A DNA stretch of 64,000 bases. It comes from Chlamydiia bacterium (GTDB lineage Bacteria; Chlamydiota; Chlamydiia; Chlamydiales; Rhabdochlamydiaceae). Below the pieces are notes generated by a model. That model worked only from the letters and a program-made list of their open reading frames with translations, was not told the DNA's origin and ran no database searches. A program made the position numbers and the translations under genes. The stretch spans positions 256,001 to 320,000 of the forward strand of contig CAWDOQ010000002.1 of the NCBI GenBank assembly GCA_963804085.1, read 5' to 3'. Below are positions 46,504-58,418 of the stretch, piece after piece. Numbering within the stretch: position 1 is the stretch's first letter; the number at the start of each line of letters is the position of its first letter.

Positions 46504-47520
46504 TTATTTTTTTTCTTTTGACGCCATATATTCTAAAAGATCGGCTACACGATGTGCATATCCCATTTCGTTATCGTACCAAGCGATCAGCTTATAGAAT
46601 CGGCTGTTCAAGGCTATCCCAGCACCCTTATCAAAAATGCAGGATGCGGTGTCGCCTATAAAATCGGAAGAGACTACCTCTTCGTCACAATATTCGAGGA
46701 TACCCTTCATGGGGCCGTCGGCTGCTTGTTTCATAGCCTCACAGATGGCCTCATACGAGGTGTCCTTACTTAATCTCACTGTTAAATCGACGACAGAAAC
46801 GTCTGTCGTTGGAATGCGAAATGCCATTCCGGTTAATTTGCCCTTAACCTCCGGCAAGCACAAGGCAACTGCCTTTGCCGCTCCGGTAGAGGAAGGGATG
46901 ATATTCACACTAGCTGCTCTTCCACCTCGCCAGTCTTTTTTCGATGGTCCATCTACACTGGGCTGCGAGGCAGTAAGAGAATGAATTGTGCTCATAAGCC
47001 CCTCTTCAATACCAAAGTTGTCTAACAAGACTTTGGTAAGAGGAGCTAAGCAATTGGTGGTGCAAGAAGCATTGGAAAGAACAAAGTCTTTCTTGGGATC
47101 ATACTTCTGATGGTTAACTCCCATCACATAGGTCGGCACCTCTCCTTTGGCAGGAGCGGTGATCATGACTCTTTTTGCTCCTGCTTCAATGTGCTTGTGG
47201 GCATCATGAGCAGTTGTAAAAAGGCCGGTAGATTCTACAACGTATTCAATTCCGAGTTCCTTCCAAGGTAGTTTGGCAGGATCTTTTTCGGAAAAAACAC
47301 GTGTTTTCTTGCCGCCTGCGATAAGCATATCGCCTTCGGCTTTTACTGAAAATTTGGGTTTGCGATGAATAGAGTCGTGCTTTAACAGATAGGCTAAGTT
47401 ATCTGCAGGAACGACGTCGTTAACTGCAACTATATCTAGATCGGGATACTTCTCTCGGATAATCCTAAAAACTAGGCGGCCAATACGGCCAAATCCATTA
47501 ATCGCAACCTTGATGGGCAT
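46504..47520 (-). CDS. gapA: Glyceraldehyde-3-phosphate dehydrogenase
   Basis: [26 protein letters not shown]. Confidence 0.98.
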   Translation of the reverse strand: MPIKVAINGFGRIGRLVFRIIREKYPDLDIVAVNDVVPADNLAYLLKHDSIHRKPKFSVKAEGDMLIAGGKKTRVFSEKDPAKLPWKELGIEYVVESTGLFTTAHDAHKHIEAGAKRVMITAPAKGEVPTYVMGVNHQKYDPKKDFVLSNASCTTNCLAPLTKVLLDNFGIEEGLMSTIHSLTASQPSVDGPSKKDWRGGRAASVNIIPSSTGAAKAVALCLPEVKGKLTGMAFRIPTTDVSVVDLTVRLSKDTSYEAICEAMKQAADGPMKGILEYCDEEVVSSDFIGDTASCIFDKGAGIALNSRFYKLIAWYDNEMGYAHRVADLLEYMASKEKK

Positions 47521-47598
47521 AAGCGTTAAGCTCTCCTCAAGTAAAGCCTCATCATAAAGGAAAAAGTGGGTAAAGTAAAGAGGGAATAAAAGGTTCTA

Positions 47599-47689
47599 CT
47601 CTTCTTATATTCGTGCCTGTGCCCGTGCCTCTGCCTGTGCCCGATCCGGATTAATTCGGGCAAGGGCACGGGCAGGGGCACGGGCACGT
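47599..47689. repeat. Hexamer-periodic palindrome, same family as 27595-27689
   Basis: tcgtgcctgtgcccgtgcctctgcctgtgcccgatccggattaattcgggcaagggcacgggcaggggcacgggcacg. Confidence 0.88.
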
Positions 47690-47691
47690 TT

Positions 47692-48120
47692 TTATTGAGG
47701 CAAATACTCAATGAAACAGGAAGGGGCATTATCCCCGACGCGGTTCTCTTTTTTGATGATACGGGTATATCCGCCGTTTCTTGTAGCAAAGCGAGCAGAC
47801 AGATCGCCAAAAAGTTTACCAAGCACCTTACGGTCAGTATTATAGGAAGAAAGATCGCCCTTCTTCACGGCTTTCGCCTCTTTTGGCGTCAGCTTATTGT
47901 AGGTAAGCATAAGCTCTGCGCTAGCTTGTCTTTTGCTAGCCAGTGTGTTCTTCTTTGCCAGCGTGATCATGTGATCTGCATGGCGTCTTAACTCTTTTGC
48001 TTTTCTCTCTGTCGTCTCAATTCTCTCATGCTCAATCAAAGATTTGAGCATGTTAGCGATCATACAACGACGATGGGAAGCGGTTCTTCCAATTTTAAAT
48101 GTGTCTTTTCCGTGTCTCAT
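47692..48120 (-). CDS. rplQ: 50S ribosomal protein L17
   Basis: [21 protein letters not shown]. Confidence 0.97.
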   Translation of the reverse strand: MRHGKDTFKIGRTASHRRCMIANMLKSLIEHERIETTERKAKELRRHADHMITLAKKNTLASKRQASAELMLTYNKLTPKEAKAVKKGDLSSYNTDRKVLGKLFGDLSARFATRNGGYTRIIKKENRVGDNAPSCFIEYLPQ

Positions 48121-49217
48121 GTTGTTTCGGCACCCTGTTTTGCACTGATGTATTCTGCCATCACCTCTTTGACATTGTCACGGGTGATACCCAATTTACT
48201 GAGGTCCATGCCAAGAGCTAAGCCCATCTCTTCGAGCTTCGCTTTGATCTCGTTCAAAGACTTTTTGCCGAAATTTCTAAATTTGAGCATTTCGGACTCA
48301 GGCATAACGACGAGCTCTGCAATCGTGTCGATATTAGCACCAGCTAAGCAGTTGGTTGAACGGACAGAAAGTTCGATTTCGTTAATTTTAAGAGCGAGTT
48401 TAGCAAGGATAGTATCGCGGTCTGTATCGAGCGTCTCTTCTGTTTGCTCAAATGTGATAGGCTGGAACTTGAGCTGCTCGAAGACTTGGAAGTGGAGAAC
48501 GCCAATCTGCACCGCAAAAGAGAGAGCCTCTTCAGGTGTGATGCGTCCATCTGTTGTGACTTCCAAAATAAGACGGTCGTAGTCGGTATCTTGACCAACG
48601 CGTGTGTTCTCGACAAAGTAGTTGACGAGGCGAACGGGAGAAAATGCAGCATCAATGAGAATCTCATCGACAGATTTATCGGTCATCTCTTGTCTTTCAG
48701 AAGAGAGGAAGCCGCGGCCCATTGCCACTTTGAGGATGACTTTGCGTGTCATCGGCTTTGTTACGTTAAAGATGACATGCTCAGGATTGACGATGTCATA
48801 ATCAGTTTTACCGAAAAGATCTTTGAGTGTTACGGCATATTGCCCGCCGTTTTTATCAAGCATATCACCGTTGATGTCCAAAAGTGTGGAGATCTGTTTG
48901 GTGTCGCGTGCACGTGGCTCTTCATCGGTTGGGAGCTTGCGTAGAAGCGCTGTTTTTAAATTCAGAATGATTTGGGTCATATCTTCGATAATGCCCTCGA
49001 TCGCCATGTACTCGTGAGAGACGCCTTCGATTTTCACGGAGACGATCGCAGGAGACTCCATAGAGTTCAACATGACGCGTCGTAATGCATTACCGACCGT
49101 GTGGCCATAGCCTCTTTCAAAAGGTTCGGCTATAAAGCGATTAAAATTTGGTTTTTTATCGCTCTCTTCGACTTTAATTTTACTCGGCAATTCAAATTTG
49201 CCATATTTCACTACCAT
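48117..49217 (-). CDS. rpoA: RNA polymerase alpha subunit
   Basis: [34 protein letters not shown]. Confidence 0.98.
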   Translation of the reverse strand: MVVKYGKFELPSKIKVEESDKKPNFNRFIAEPFERGYGHTVGNALRRVMLNSMESPAIVSVKIEGVSHEYMAIEGIIEDMTQIILNLKTALLRKLPTDEEPRARDTKQISTLLDINGDMLDKNGGQYAVTLKDLFGKTDYDIVNPEHVIFNVTKPMTRKVILKVAMGRGFLSSERQEMTDKSVDEILIDAAFSPVRLVNYFVENTRVGQDTDYDRLILEVTTDGRITPEEALSFAVQIGVLHFQVFEQLKFQPITFEQTEETLDTDRDTILAKLALKINEIELSVRSTNCLAGANIDTIAELVVMPESEMLKFRNFGKKSLNEIKAKLEEMGLALGMDLSKLGITRDNVKEVMAEYISAKQGAETT

Positions 49218-49238
49218 GACTGCTCTCCTATGAATTTG

Positions 49239-49661
49239 TTATACACGGCGCCTTTTTCGAGCACGGCAGCCGTTGTGTGGCACGGGTGTTTCATCGCGTA
49301 TGATAGTGATCATCAAGCCAGAGCTCTGCAGACCGCGTACTGCGGACTCGCGTCCTGCTCCAGGCCCTTTTAGATTCACTTCTACTTCTTTCATCCCCGC
49401 CGCGTTCATCGCGGTTTTTGCAGCGTCTTGTGCTGCAACTGTCGCTGCAAAAGCAGACGATTTGCGCGAGCCGGAAAAGTTGACTTTACCTGCAGATGCC
49501 CAAGAGATGACATTTCCTGACAGGTCTGTGATCGAGACGATCGTGTTGTTAAACGTGGACTTCACATGGACGATTCCCGCAGGAACAACACGCGCCACTT
49601 TTTTTCTAACTTTTGTGACAGGCTTTTTTACAATATTCTTTTCTGGTTCTTGCTTTGCCAA
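49239..49661 (-). CDS. rpsK: 30S ribosomal protein S11
   Basis: [23 protein letters not shown]. Confidence 0.97.
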   Translation of the reverse strand: MAKQEPEKNIVKKPVTKVRKKVARVVPAGIVHVKSTFNNTIVSITDLSGNVISWASAGKVNFSGSRKSSAFAATVAAQDAAKTAMNAAGMKEVEVNLKGPGAGRESAVRGLQSSGLMITIIRDETPVPHNGCRARKRRRV

Positions 49662-49689
49662 GGTTCTTCTCCTTACCTGTTCCTAATGA

Positions 49690-50058
49690 TTATTTTTTCT
49701 TGCCAGCAACTGTTTTTCTCTTACCTTTGCGCGTTCTTGAATTCGAACGTGTTCTCTGCCCTCTCACTGGGAGGCCGAGACGGTGGCGCATACCTCTATA
49801 GGCATGGATGCTGATCAATCGTTTGATGTTATTTTGAATTTGACGGCGCAAATCTCCCTCAACAACATATTGAGACTGGAGGAGGGCATTGAGTTTTGCG
49901 ATATCATCTTCAGTTAAATCGTGGGCTTTCATATTGGGATTGAGTCCCAATTTAGCAATGACTTCGTTTGAAACGCGTCTGCCGACTCCATAAATGTAGG
50001 TCAGGCTGATCTCTAAGCGCTTTTTCTCGGGGATGTCTATTCCAATCACTCTAGGCAT
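49690..50058 (-). CDS. rpsM: 30S ribosomal protein S13
   Basis: [25 protein letters not shown]. Confidence 0.98.
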   Translation of the reverse strand: MPRVIGIDIPEKKRLEISLTYIYGVGRRVSNEVIAKLGLNPNMKAHDLTEDDIAKLNALLQSQYVVEGDLRRQIQNNIKRLISIHAYRGMRHRLGLPVRGQRTRSNSRTRKGKRKTVAGKKK

Positions 50059-50163
50059 GTGTAGGCTTTCCTTCTTCGCTGTTTAAAAGGGTGCTAGAAA
50101 ATTTATCAGATGCTTCGTTAAACCACAAGGGCTTATCTGTTGCACTTGAGTTAAATTAATTTC

Positions 50164-51528
50164 TTACCGTACTTTCGCCCTCTTCATGAACCCTTCGTAA
50201 CGCTTCATGAGGAGGTGGGACTCGATCTGCTTAGTTGTATCGAGCACGACACCAACTAAAATCAGAAGGGAGGTCCCTCCAAAAAAATAACTAATATTAG
50301 CATCTACGCCGATGAGCTTGCCGACCAACGTCGGTAAAATAGCGATAAAAGCGAGAAAAACTGCTCCGGCTAGCGTGATGCGATTCATCGTCTCTTCTAA
50401 ATAATCTTGTGTGGGTTTGCCCTGTCTGATCCCGGGAATGAACGCGCCATTCTTTTTCATGTCGGAGGCGATCTGTTCGGGATGGAATTGGGTGGCTGTC
50501 CAAAAATAGGTGAAAAAAAGGATGAGTAGAACATAAGCCGCTGTATAGGCCCAATTGCCAGGCGAAAGCAGGCTTGCAAATTGTCCCAGCCAGTTGCCGG
50601 TACCCAAAAATTGAGCAAGGGTTGCAGGAAACATCAGAAGCGAGGAGGCAAAGATTACAGGTATTACGCCGGCATAGTTGATTTTCAAGGGAATATAGGC
50701 ATTGGCCCGTGTATTTTCCTCTTGCCCAATGCTACGGCGCGCATATTGGAGCGGAATCTTTCTCTGTCCCTGGATGATGAGAATGGTGCCTACGATGATC
50801 AAGACAAAGACACCGCTCAGTACGACAAGGGAGGAAAAAGAGAGCTGCCCAGGCTCCTGAGAGTCTAAGTTGAGTTGTTTGATGATCGAACCAAGTGTTG
50901 TTGGAAGTGAGGAGAGAATGCCTAGTGTGATGATAAGGCTAATGCCATTTCCTACTCCCTTCTCGCTTATCTGCTCTCCTACCCACATCAAAAAGATAGT
51001 GCCGGCTGTCATGGTGCACATAACGAGGAGAAAAAAGAGCCAGGGTATTCCAAATGCTTGTACGTCGATGAGTTCGCTGACGATGATTCCAGGATTGCCT
51101 GCGTTCAGCTGTACAGCATATTTGGCAAAGAGTCCTGATTGAAAAAAGGCTAAAATGACTGTGAGGAAGCGAATCCATTTGCTGAGTTTTCTTCGGCCTA
51201 CATCGCTATTTTCTTTCATCTCGCGCTGTAAAGATGGCACGAGCGCAACCATAAGCTGCATGATGATAGAGGCTGAGATGTAAGGCATGACGCCCAAGGC
51301 AATTACGGTCATCTGGGCAAAGGCTCCGCCCGAAAAGACGTCCATAAGCTGGAATAGGTTTTGTCCACCGCCAGTTGCATGACGGAAGAGGTCTACTGCT
51401 GCTTGACCATTGATACCAGGAACCGGGATGTGCGCACCAATACGGCAGACGACCAACATCAGGAGCGTAAAGACAATTTTTGCCTTGAGCTCAGAAATGG
51501 ATAAAATGCGCCTGAGTCCTTCGATCAT
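50164..51528 (-). CDS. secY: Preprotein translocase SecY
   Basis: [38 protein letters not shown]. Confidence 0.98.
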   Translation of the reverse strand: MIEGLRRILSISELKAKIVFTLLMLVVCRIGAHIPVPGINGQAAVDLFRHATGGGQNLFQLMDVFSGGAFAQMTVIALGVMPYISASIIMQLMVALVPSLQREMKENSDVGRRKLSKWIRFLTVILAFFQSGLFAKYAVQLNAGNPGIIVSELIDVQAFGIPWLFFLLVMCTMTAGTIFLMWVGEQISEKGVGNGISLIITLGILSSLPTTLGSIIKQLNLDSQEPGQLSFSSLVVLSGVFVLIIVGTILIIQGQRKIPLQYARRSIGQEENTRANAYIPLKINYAGVIPVIFASSLLMFPATLAQFLGTGNWLGQFASLLSPGNWAYTAAYVLLILFFTYFWTATQFHPEQIASDMKKNGAFIPGIRQGKPTQDYLEETMNRITLAGAVFLAFIAILPTLVGKLIGVDANISYFFGGTSLLILVGVVLDTTKQIESHLLMKRYEGFMKRAKVR

Positions 51529-51551
51529 CGTTTGCCTTTAAATTTTTCTTG

Positions 51552-51686
51552 TTTGGAGTGCGGTGACTTGTCACCGCTTTTCTTTCCTAGCCTGATACAG
51601 CATCGAGCAGGGGCAGGGGGCTACTGCTCTGCAAACAAATGTGCCTATGGGCACATTTGTTTGTCTCCGCAGCACCGCACTCCAAA
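51552..51686. repeat. 135-bp REP/MITE-like element with 14-bp terminal inverted repeats
   Basis: TTTGGAGTGCGGTG ... CACCGCACTCCAAA; internal hairpins GCGGTGAC-TT-GTCACCGC and a 14-bp stem at 51632-51663. Confidence 0.85.
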
Positions 51687-51687
51687 T

Positions 51688-52149
51688 TTAAGCTTCTGTA
51701 CTTACTTTATAGGAGATGGATTTCTTATCGAGTTTTTCTACAGCTGCTTTGGAAAATGCGGCTGCTTCGATAGAAACTTTCTTCTGGATCTCTCCATTTG
51801 CGAGCACTTTAATTCCGCCGACTGCTCTTCTTGGAGCAAGTCCTTTTTCTCGTAAAGAGGCGTAGCTTACCAGCTCTCCATCATTGAAGTGGGCGTTGAT
51901 AAGATCGAAATCGATTGGGAAAAACTCTTTGCGAAAGCGTGCATTTGGAAAACCTCTCACAGGAAGTTTTTTATAGAGTGGCGTTCCGCCGCCTTCTCTT
52001 CCGTAATTTCTCTCGTAACCGCGGCGTGCTTTATCACCCTTGTTGCCGCGTCCGCACGTCTTACCTCTTTTGCATCCAACGCCTCTTCCGACGCGTTGCA
52101 CCTTTTTTTTAGGGCGGTGGCTGTTCCTAAGTGTTGCGAGCGTAATCAT
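51688..52149 (-). CDS. rplO: 50S ribosomal protein L15
   Basis: RVGRGVG..GKTCGRGNKG, EGGGTPLY; ATGA overlap with rpsE. Confidence 0.96.
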   Translation of the reverse strand: MITLATLRNSHRPKKKVQRVGRGVGCKRGKTCGRGNKGDKARRGYERNYGREGGGTPLYKKLPVRGFPNARFRKEFFPIDFDLINAHFNDGELVSYASLREKGLAPRRAVGGIKVLANGEIQKKVSIEAAAFSKAAVEKLDKKSISYKVSTEA

Positions 52150-52649
52150 ACTGTAAGACCTCTTTCGGCTAAGCACTTTTTGCGGTTTCTCAAACTGGAG
52201 AGAGCCTTCAATGTGGCGCGTACTTGGTTTAATGGATTGTTAGAGCCAAAACTTTTGGCCACAACATCCTTAACGCCGCCCAGCTCTAAAACGGAGCGCA
52301 CTTTCGACCCTGCGATAACACCTGTTCCTTCGCGAGCAGGCTTCAAGAGAACGCGTGCACCATCCCATTCGACGGTGATCTCGTGAGGAATGCTTGTGCC
52401 TTCCATCTCAAAGGTTAAAACGTTCTTTCGCGCAGCCTCGGTTCCTTTGCGGATTGCATCGGAAACTTCGTTTGCTTTCGCAAAGCCAAATCCGATGTGG
52501 CCTTGTCCATCCCCGATTATAATGAGGGCAGAAAAGCTAAACTTTCTTCCGCCTTTAACAACTTTGGAGCAGCGGTTGATGTAGAGTACCTTCTCTTCAA
52601 ATTCCGTTCCAAAATCTTCGGCGCGCTGATGGTAGTTCATAGGGCTCAT
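52146..52649 (-). CDS. rpsE: 30S ribosomal protein S5
   Basis: KVVKGGRKFSFSAL, GTGVIAG. Confidence 0.97.
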   Translation of the reverse strand: MSPMNYHQRAEDFGTEFEEKVLYINRCSKVVKGGRKFSFSALIIIGDGQGHIGFGFAKANEVSDAIRKGTEAARKNVLTFEMEGTSIPHEITVEWDGARVLLKPAREGTGVIAGSKVRSVLELGGVKDVVAKSFGSNNPLNQVRATLKALSSLRNRKKCLAERGLTV

Positions 52650-52663
52650 CTATTCTCTTCCTC

Positions 52664-53038
52664 TTAAAATTGCATTCCACCTTCACGGGCTGCATTCGCA
52701 AGTTCTGCAATAACGCCGTGAAATTTAAATCTGCCGCGATCAAAAACGACCGCTTTAATGTTCTTCTGCTTCGCAAGCTCGGCAAGTTTCTGCCCTACGC
52801 TGCGAGCTGTTTCTTTTGGCTTCACCTTGCTCTTCTTGTTCGTACGGAGCTCTTTGCTCATTGTACCGAAGCTAGCAAGTGTGATCCCATTCTCATCATC
52901 GATGATCTGCGCAAAGAGATTGCGGTTTGTCTTATGAACAGATAAGCGGGGCTTTAGAGCTGATCCGCGCACCTGTTTTCTCACACGCCACGCTCTCTTT
53001 ATGCGTTTCTCATTGCGTTTAGTTAAGTAATTATCCAT
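52664..53038 (-). CDS. rplR: 50S ribosomal protein L18
   Basis: PRLSVHKTN, VFDRGRFKFHG. Confidence 0.96.
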   Translation of the reverse strand: MDNYLTKRNEKRIKRAWRVRKQVRGSALKPRLSVHKTNRNLFAQIIDDENGITLASFGTMSKELRTNKKSKVKPKETARSVGQKLAELAKQKNIKAVVFDRGRFKFHGVIAELANAAREGGMQF

Positions 53039-53049
53039 AGGTTTTTTCT

Positions 53050-53604
53050 TTAAGCTGCTGCTGTTTTACCTTTTGCTGCTTTTCCGGCTTTTTTGCGGAC
53101 AAACTCATCCTCATACCGGATCCCCTTCCCTTTGTAGGGTTCTGGGGGTTTCATCGCGCGCACGGCGGCTGCAAATTGGCCTACCGCATGCTTGTCGGCT
53201 CCTGTGATCACGATCAACACGCTCTTGTCGATCGTTATCTGCACATTGCTAGGAATGCGAATCTTTGTGGGATGGGAAAAGCCGAGTTGCAAGTCGAGCA
53301 TATGTCCTTGCATCGCTGCTCTATATCCTACTCCGATTAGGGAGAGGCGCTTTTCAAATCCTTTGCTAACACCGATCACCATGTTGTTCACTGTAGCGCG
53401 ATAGCGTCCGTGTGTCGGCTTGGGCATTTCGACATTTTCATCTTTTACGACTACTACTTTGTCCCCTTCAATGTTTAAAGAGATGCCCTTTACAAGAGGA
53501 TATGTAAGCGTCCCCTTGGGTCCCTTCGCATGAATCGCATCGCCCGTTACTTTTAGCTCTACCCCTTTTGGGAGAGGAATTGGTGATTTTCCAAGTCGTG
53601 ACAT
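53050..53604 (-). CDS. rplF: 50S ribosomal protein L6
   Basis: MSRLGKSPI, PPEPYKGKGIRY. Confidence 0.97.
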   Translation of the reverse strand: MSRLGKSPIPLPKGVELKVTGDAIHAKGPKGTLTYPLVKGISLNIEGDKVVVVKDENVEMPKPTHGRYRATVNNMVIGVSKGFEKRLSLIGVGYRAAMQGHMLDLQLGFSHPTKIRIPSNVQITIDKSVLIVITGADKHAVGQFAAAVRAMKPPEPYKGKGIRYEDEFVRKKAGKAAKGKTAAA

Positions 53605-53626
53605 GTATTACCTCTTTACTAAATTA

Positions 53627-54019
53627 CTACCAGACCAAGCAGAGTAACTCTCCGCCTACCTTCAGCTCGCGTGCCTTTTGCCCATCGATAATCCCAGCAG
53701 GTGTCGAAAGGATGGCAATCCCGAGTCCGCCTAAAACTACGGGGATCTTGTTATATCCCACATACCGTCTGAGGCCGGGAGAGGAGATTCTTTTCAGGTC
53801 TTGAATTACAGGCTCTCTTCCTTGCCCATATCTTAAATAGGCGCGGACTTTGCCCTCTTCTTCATTTACTAAAACTTTATCGAGAAATCCTTGCGCTTCC
53901 AAAACTTTGACGATACTAAGCTTTTCTCTACTAAATCTAAAATCCACAAATCGATGCCTTGCCATTTTGGCATTGCGTATGCGTGTCAAAAGATCAGCTA
54001 TCGGGTCGCTCATAGACAT
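53627..54019 (-). CDS. rpsH: 30S ribosomal protein S8
   Basis: DPIADLLTRIRNA, ISSPGLRRY, GGELLC. Confidence 0.97.
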   Translation of the reverse strand: MSMSDPIADLLTRIRNAKMARHRFVDFRFSREKLSIVKVLEAQGFLDKVLVNEEEGKVRAYLRYGQGREPVIQDLKRISSPGLRRYVGYNKIPVVLGGLGIAILSTPAGIIDGQKARELKVGGELLCLVW

Positions 54020-54022
54020 CTC

Positions 54023-54574
54023 TTATTTCTCCGTTTCTGGCTTTTTGAAGGGAAGGCCGAGCATTTTCAAAAGCTCCACGCATTCCTCATCGGTAGTTGC
54101 TGTTGTGACGAAGGTGATATTCATCCCCTGCGTGCGTTTAATCTCATCAAGATTGAGTTCAGGAAAGATGATCTGCTCTTCTATTCCCAAAGAGTAGTTA
54201 CCGCGTCCATCCGACTTTAAAGGAAAACCTCGAAAGTCGCGGATGCGTGGAGAGACGATATTGCAAAAACGGTCGAAAAAGTCGTACATGCGCTTGTTAC
54301 GCAGTGTGACTTTAAGACCGATCGTCTGTCCCTCTCTCAATTTGAAATTGGCAATCGCTTTCTTTGCTCGTGTTGCAATCGGCTTTTGGCCTGAGAGTAG
54401 TGTCATCTCTTTAATGCAATCTTGGATCGCATTCTTATCTTTGGTCGCTTCTCCTAGCCCCATGCTAATCACAATCTTTTTAAGCTGAGGAACCAGCATT
54501 ATATTGGGGTAAGCGAATCGCTCTTGGAGCGCGCCTTTTACTTCCTCTTTGTACTTCTTGTATATTCTAGACAT
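54023..54574 (-). CDS. rplE: 50S ribosomal protein L5
   Basis: [18 protein letters not shown]. Confidence 0.97.
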   Translation of the reverse strand: MSRIYKKYKEEVKGALQERFAYPNIMLVPQLKKIVISMGLGEATKDKNAIQDCIKEMTLLSGQKPIATRAKKAIANFKLREGQTIGLKVTLRNKRMYDFFDRFCNIVSPRIRDFRGFPLKSDGRGNYSLGIEEQIIFPELNLDEIKRTQGMNITFVTTATTDEECVELLKMLGLPFKKPETEK

Positions 54575-54590
54575 CTCTTCTCACAAAAAT

Positions 54591-54923
54591 TTAAGCTTTC
54601 TTTCTTACTGAGCGATAGAGCACCTCTTTTTCACCTGCTCGGTAAAAAAGCTCTTTTTCGCCCTTCTTTGACTCTCTAACTTTTAGCTTCACTGGTTTTC
54701 CATCGTCATCGCAAACGGCGACGTTGGAGATATGCATCGGCATTTCCATTTCCATCACTTCAGGCTTCGGTGTCTTAGTTTTGCGTTTGACATGCTTTTT
54801 ACGGATGTTCAAACCTTGAATGACAACGCGATCACCTGCACGTGAGAGCACCTTACCAACACGGCCGCGCTCATTGCCTGCAATGACAACTACTTTGTCA
54901 TCTTTGCGTATCCACTTGCTCAT
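54591..54923 (-). CDS. rplX: 50S ribosomal protein L24
   Basis: [11 protein letters not shown] motif, PMHISNV. Confidence 0.96.
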   Translation of the reverse strand: MSKWIRKDDKVVVIAGNERGRVGKVLSRAGDRVVIQGLNIRKKHVKRKTKTPKPEVMEMEMPMHISNVAVCDDDGKPVKLKVRESKKGEKELFYRAGEKEVLYRSVRKKA

Positions 54924-55288
54924 AGAACCTCCGGTGCGAGTGAGGTGATTTTTACAAAACCTTTTTCACGCACTTCACGCGCTACAGGTCCAAAAATACG
55001 GGTCCCGCGTGGATTGTCTTTATCGTCGACAATGACGCAGCTGTTATCGTAAAAGCGTAAAAAAGAACCATCCGCTCTTCGGATATAGCTCTTAGTACGG
55101 ACGATAACCGCGCGGACAACCTCTCCCTTTTTGACGCTTCCTTGGGGATCCGCTTCTTTAACAGAACAGATGATGATATCGCCGACATTTGCATAGCGTC
55201 TTCTAGAACCGCGCAACACTTTAAAGCAGCGAACCTTTTTGGCTCCTGAGTTATCGGCAACGATAAGATTGGTCTCTTGTTGAATCAT
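54920..55288 (-). CDS. rplN: 50S ribosomal protein L14
   Basis: [19 protein letters not shown]. Confidence 0.98.
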   Translation of the reverse strand: MIQQETNLIVADNSGAKKVRCFKVLRGSRRRYANVGDIIICSVKEADPQGSVKKGEVVRAVIVRTKSYIRRADGSFLRFYDNSCVIVDDKDNPRGTRIFGPVAREVREKGFVKITSLAPEVL

Positions 55289-55291
55289 GAC

Positions 55292-55546
55292 TTACTCCAC
55301 AATGCTCAGCACACGCCAGCGCTTCAATTTTGATATTGGTCGGGTTTCCATTATTTTTACGCGCTGTCCTACTTGGATATCGTTATTTTCGACATGTGCG
55401 TAATACTTTTTGCCGCGCGTTACTACTTTATGAAAGAGAGGGTGGCGAAAAGTTCTTACCACTTTGACTGTGACTGTCTTATTCATCTTGTTAGACACCA
55501 CAACTCCCTCTTCCACTTTACGCCTCATTTCAGGCTTGTTTTCCAT
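55292..55546 (-). CDS. rpsQ: 30S ribosomal protein S17
   Basis: [22 protein letters not shown]. Confidence 0.97.
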   Translation of the reverse strand: MENKPEMRRKVEEGVVVSNKMNKTVTVKVVRTFRHPLFHKVVTRGKKYYAHVENNDIQVGQRVKIMETRPISKLKRWRVLSIVE

Positions 55547-55555
55547 AAATCGTCC

Positions 55556-55756
55556 TTAAATTTTTTCGCTCTTTTGTGAGAGTACTGTCAAAATACGTGC
55601 GCGATCTCTCTTCTTCTCGCGAAGCTCATGCGGCTTTTCGATCTTGCGGGTTGTTTTCAGCTCGCTATTCATCTTGTAGATGTCGCGCGCTAGCTCCTCG
55701 CACTTCTTTTGCAGCTCCTGCACGGTCTCTTCTTTTAATTCTTTTGCTTGCAGCAT
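55556..55756 (-). CDS. rpmC: 50S ribosomal protein L29
   Basis: [17 protein letters not shown]; operon position. Confidence 0.93.
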   Translation of the reverse strand: MLQAKELKEETVQELQKKCEELARDIYKMNSELKTTRKIEKPHELREKKRDRARILTVLSQKSEKI

Positions 55757-55758
55757 CT

Positions 55759-56178
55759 TTACACTCTCTCCACACGCTCTACAAAGCGTGTTTTTATCGC
55801 TATTTTAGCGGCTGCGCGTCTTAGCGCATTTTGTGCCATCTCTTTGGGTACGCCACCCACTTCGAAAAGAATTCTTCCTGGGCGAATGACAGCTACCCAA
55901 TGGTCAGGTGCGCCTTTTCCTTTACCCATGCGTGTCTCGGCAGGTTTCTTACTCACCGACTTATCAGGGAAGATGCGGATCCAGACCTGACCTCTACGAT
56001 TGAAGTAGCGGTTGATCGCAACGCGACACGCTTCAATCTGATGGTTGGTAAGGCGTCCTCTTCCTAAGGCTTTCATTCCAAAATCGCCAAATTCGACAAA
56101 ATTGCCGCCTTTGCTCAATCCCGTATGTTTTCCTTTTTGCATTTTGCGGAACTTAGTCCGCACTGGCATCATGGACAT
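55759..56178 (-). CDS. rplP: 50S ribosomal protein L16
   Basis: [15 protein letters not shown]. Confidence 0.98.
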   Translation of the reverse strand: MSMMPVRTKFRKMQKGKHTGLSKGGNFVEFGDFGMKALGRGRLTNHQIEACRVAINRYFNRRGQVWIRIFPDKSVSKKPAETRMGKGKGAPDHWVAVIRPGRILFEVGGVPKEMAQNALRRAAAKIAIKTRFVERVERV

Positions 56179-56180
56179 AA

Positions 56181-56825
56181 TTAGCCTCCAGCCCTTTTCA
56201 CTGTCTCTTCACCTTTGTTAATCCACACTTTGACACCAATCGATCCGTATGTCGTCTCGGCTCTGCCCATCGCATAATCGATATCTGCGCGGAGTGTGTG
56301 GAGAGGAACGCGTCCCTCTTTGTACCATTCGGTACGCGCAATCTCAGCGCCCCCGATGCGTCCTGCAACTTGAACTTTGATCCCTGCAGCTCCAGCATCG
56401 CGTGCTGCTTGCAGCGCTTTTTTCATAACTCTTCGGAATGGAACCCGTCTTTCGAGTTGTTTGGCAATTCCATCTGCAACAAGTTTTGCATCTAAGTCTG
56501 GGCGCTTGATCTCTTCTACTTCGATCCAGATCTCTTTTCCTGTCAGCGCCTTAAGCTCCTGCTTTAAAATGTCGATGTCTGCGCCTTTTTTCCCGATCAC
56601 AAGACCTGGTTTTGAGGTGTGGATCGTGATCTCGATCTTGTCGCTCATTCTGCGGATGGTCAACTGAGAAGCACCTACGCAGCATGGCTTTGACATGAGA
56701 ATTTTACGCAGTTTATAATCTTCACCTAAAAGTGTGCCGAACTCCTGTTTGTTTGCAAACCAGACCGATCTCCACTTTTTGGTGAGCGCTAATCTAAATC
56801 CTATTGGCGATGTCTTTTGTCCCAT
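56181..56825 (-). CDS. rpsC: 30S ribosomal protein S3
   Basis: [26 protein letters not shown]. Confidence 0.98.
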   Translation of the reverse strand: MGQKTSPIGFRLALTKKWRSVWFANKQEFGTLLGEDYKLRKILMSKPCCVGASQLTIRRMSDKIEITIHTSKPGLVIGKKGADIDILKQELKALTGKEIWIEVEEIKRPDLDAKLVADGIAKQLERRVPFRRVMKKALQAARDAGAAGIKVQVAGRIGGAEIARTEWYKEGRVPLHTLRADIDYAMGRAETTYGSIGVKVWINKGEETVKRAGG

Positions 56826-56827
56826 GT

Positions 56828-57163
56828 CTATTCGGCTCCTACTACAATAGTAAAATGGCTTGTGCGTTTCATGATCGGCACACGGCCTCCCTTGCTTTTG
56901 GATTTCGCTCTTTTGAGCACAGGACCGGCATCCACTCGAACCTCTTGCACTTTCAAATCACGTCTTTGAACGTTATGCTGCGTCTCGGCATTAGCGACGG
57001 CGCTGTTTAAGGTCTTCTGGAGCAGTCTTCCTGCTTTTAACTTGCAGAACGTAAGCTGAAGTGTCGCCTCTTCTACAGTCAAACCACGGATAAGATCCGC
57101 AGCAAGCCTTGCTTTGCGAGGAGGGATTCTAATGTTCTTCGTCTGAGCGCGTGCTTTTGACAT
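56828..57163 (-). CDS. rplV: 50S ribosomal protein L22
   Basis: [21 protein letters not shown]. Confidence 0.97.
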   Translation of the reverse strand: MSKARAQTKNIRIPPRKARLAADLIRGLTVEEATLQLTFCKLKAGRLLQKTLNSAVANAETQHNVQRRDLKVQEVRVDAGPVLKRAKSKSKGGRVPIMKRTSHFTIVVGAE

Positions 57164-57168
57164 ATGCG

Positions 57169-57549
57169 TTATACCTTACCTTTTGGTGCACTAGCGGCAG
57201 GTGCAGCGGCAGCGGGTGCTCCAGCGGCCCCTGATGAACCAGCAGCTCCGGCTGCAGGAGCAGAAGCGGCAGCAGCAGCTTCGGCAATTTTCTTCGATCC
57301 GTGGCTCTTAAAGATGCGTGTCGGAGAAAATTCGCCCAGTCTATGCCCTACCATGTTTTCTGAAATAAATACTGTTATAAATTTGCGACCATTGTGGACT
57401 TCAAACGTATGGCCAATCATGTCGGGGATGATCATCGATCTTCTGGACCAAGTTTTCACAACTTTTTTGGTCCCCGTGCTATTTTGTTTAGTCACTTTGT
57501 CTAAAAGGTGGTGGTCGACAAAGGGTCCTTTTCTTAGTGATCTCCCCAT
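57169..57549 (-). CDS. rpsS: 30S ribosomal protein S19 with an Ala/Pro-rich C-terminal extension
   Basis: [28 protein letters not shown]. Confidence 0.97.
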   Translation of the reverse strand: MGRSLRKGPFVDHHLLDKVTKQNSTGTKKVVKTWSRRSMIIPDMIGHTFEVHNGRKFITVFISENMVGHRLGEFSPTRIFKSHGSKKIAEAAAAASAPAAGAAGSSGAAGAPAAAAPAASAPKGKV

Positions 57550-57557
57550 AAAATCCT

Positions 57558-58403
57558 CTATTTCCTTCTATCCTTTACGAGCCATTTAGTAGTCTTTCTC
57601 TTATTACGGGTGCGATAACCCTTCGTATACATCGCCCAGGGTGTCTGGGGTAAGTAGCCGTTATGTTTACCTTCGCCTCCCCCGTGTGGGTGGTCGACAG
57701 GATTCATCGCCGTACCGCGCACAGTGGGACGGATCCCTTTCCAGCGCATACGGCCCGCTTTACCTTCGACACGGAGATTTCTCTCCGCATTGGAGACTAC
57801 TCCAAATGTCGCACGGCAATCTTCGTTGATCATGCGGATTTCGCCGGAGGGCATTTTTAAGGTGACATAGCCACCGCTGCGCGCCATAAGCTGCGCACTG
57901 AGCCCTGCAGAGCGGACTAATTTTCCGCCGCGTCCGGGATGCATTTCAATGTTATGTACAACAGAACCGAGCGGCATAGACTTAAGTCTCATGCAGCAAC
58001 CTACATCAAAAGGAGGCTCGTCGCTTGTTGTGATCGTGTCTCCTGGTTTCAAACCTTGCGGAGCTAAAATGTATCTCTTTTCACCATCCACATAGTGGAG
58101 GAGCGCGATATGCGCACTGCGGTTAGGATCGTATTCGATATAGGTCACCTGCGCAGGAATATTTTCCTTATCTCTTTTGAAATCGACGATACGGATAAAC
58201 TTTTTATGTGCGGCACCCCCGCGGTGGCGGCAGGTGATATGTCCATGGTGGTTGCGTCCATTGGTACGTATCTGGCGCACGACAAGAGATTTTTCTGGCT
58301 CAACAGTTGCGCGCTTGGACTTGCCCACACGCGTCAACGCCTCGTTGCTTGTTAAAACAAGCTCGCGGCTGCTAGGTGTTACGGGTCTAAATTTCTTTGT
58401 CAT
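57558..58403 (-). CDS. rplB: 50S ribosomal protein L2
   Basis: [25 protein letters not shown]. Confidence 0.98.
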   Translation of the reverse strand: MTKKFRPVTPSSRELVLTSNEALTRVGKSKRATVEPEKSLVVRQIRTNGRNHHGHITCRHRGGAAHKKFIRIVDFKRDKENIPAQVTYIEYDPNRSAHIALLHYVDGEKRYILAPQGLKPGDTITTSDEPPFDVGCCMRLKSMPLGSVVHNIEMHPGRGGKLVRSAGLSAQLMARSGGYVTLKMPSGEIRMINEDCRATFGVVSNAERNLRVEGKAGRMRWKGIRPTVRGTAMNPVDHPHGGGEGKHNGYLPQTPWAMYTKGYRTRNKRKTTKWLVKDRRK

Positions 58404-58418
58404 ATCGCAAATCTCTTC

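Noticed and set aside
51532-51855. 107-aa plus-strand ORF (LECGDLSPL)
   Set aside because: Translation of the REP-like element and antisense rplO.
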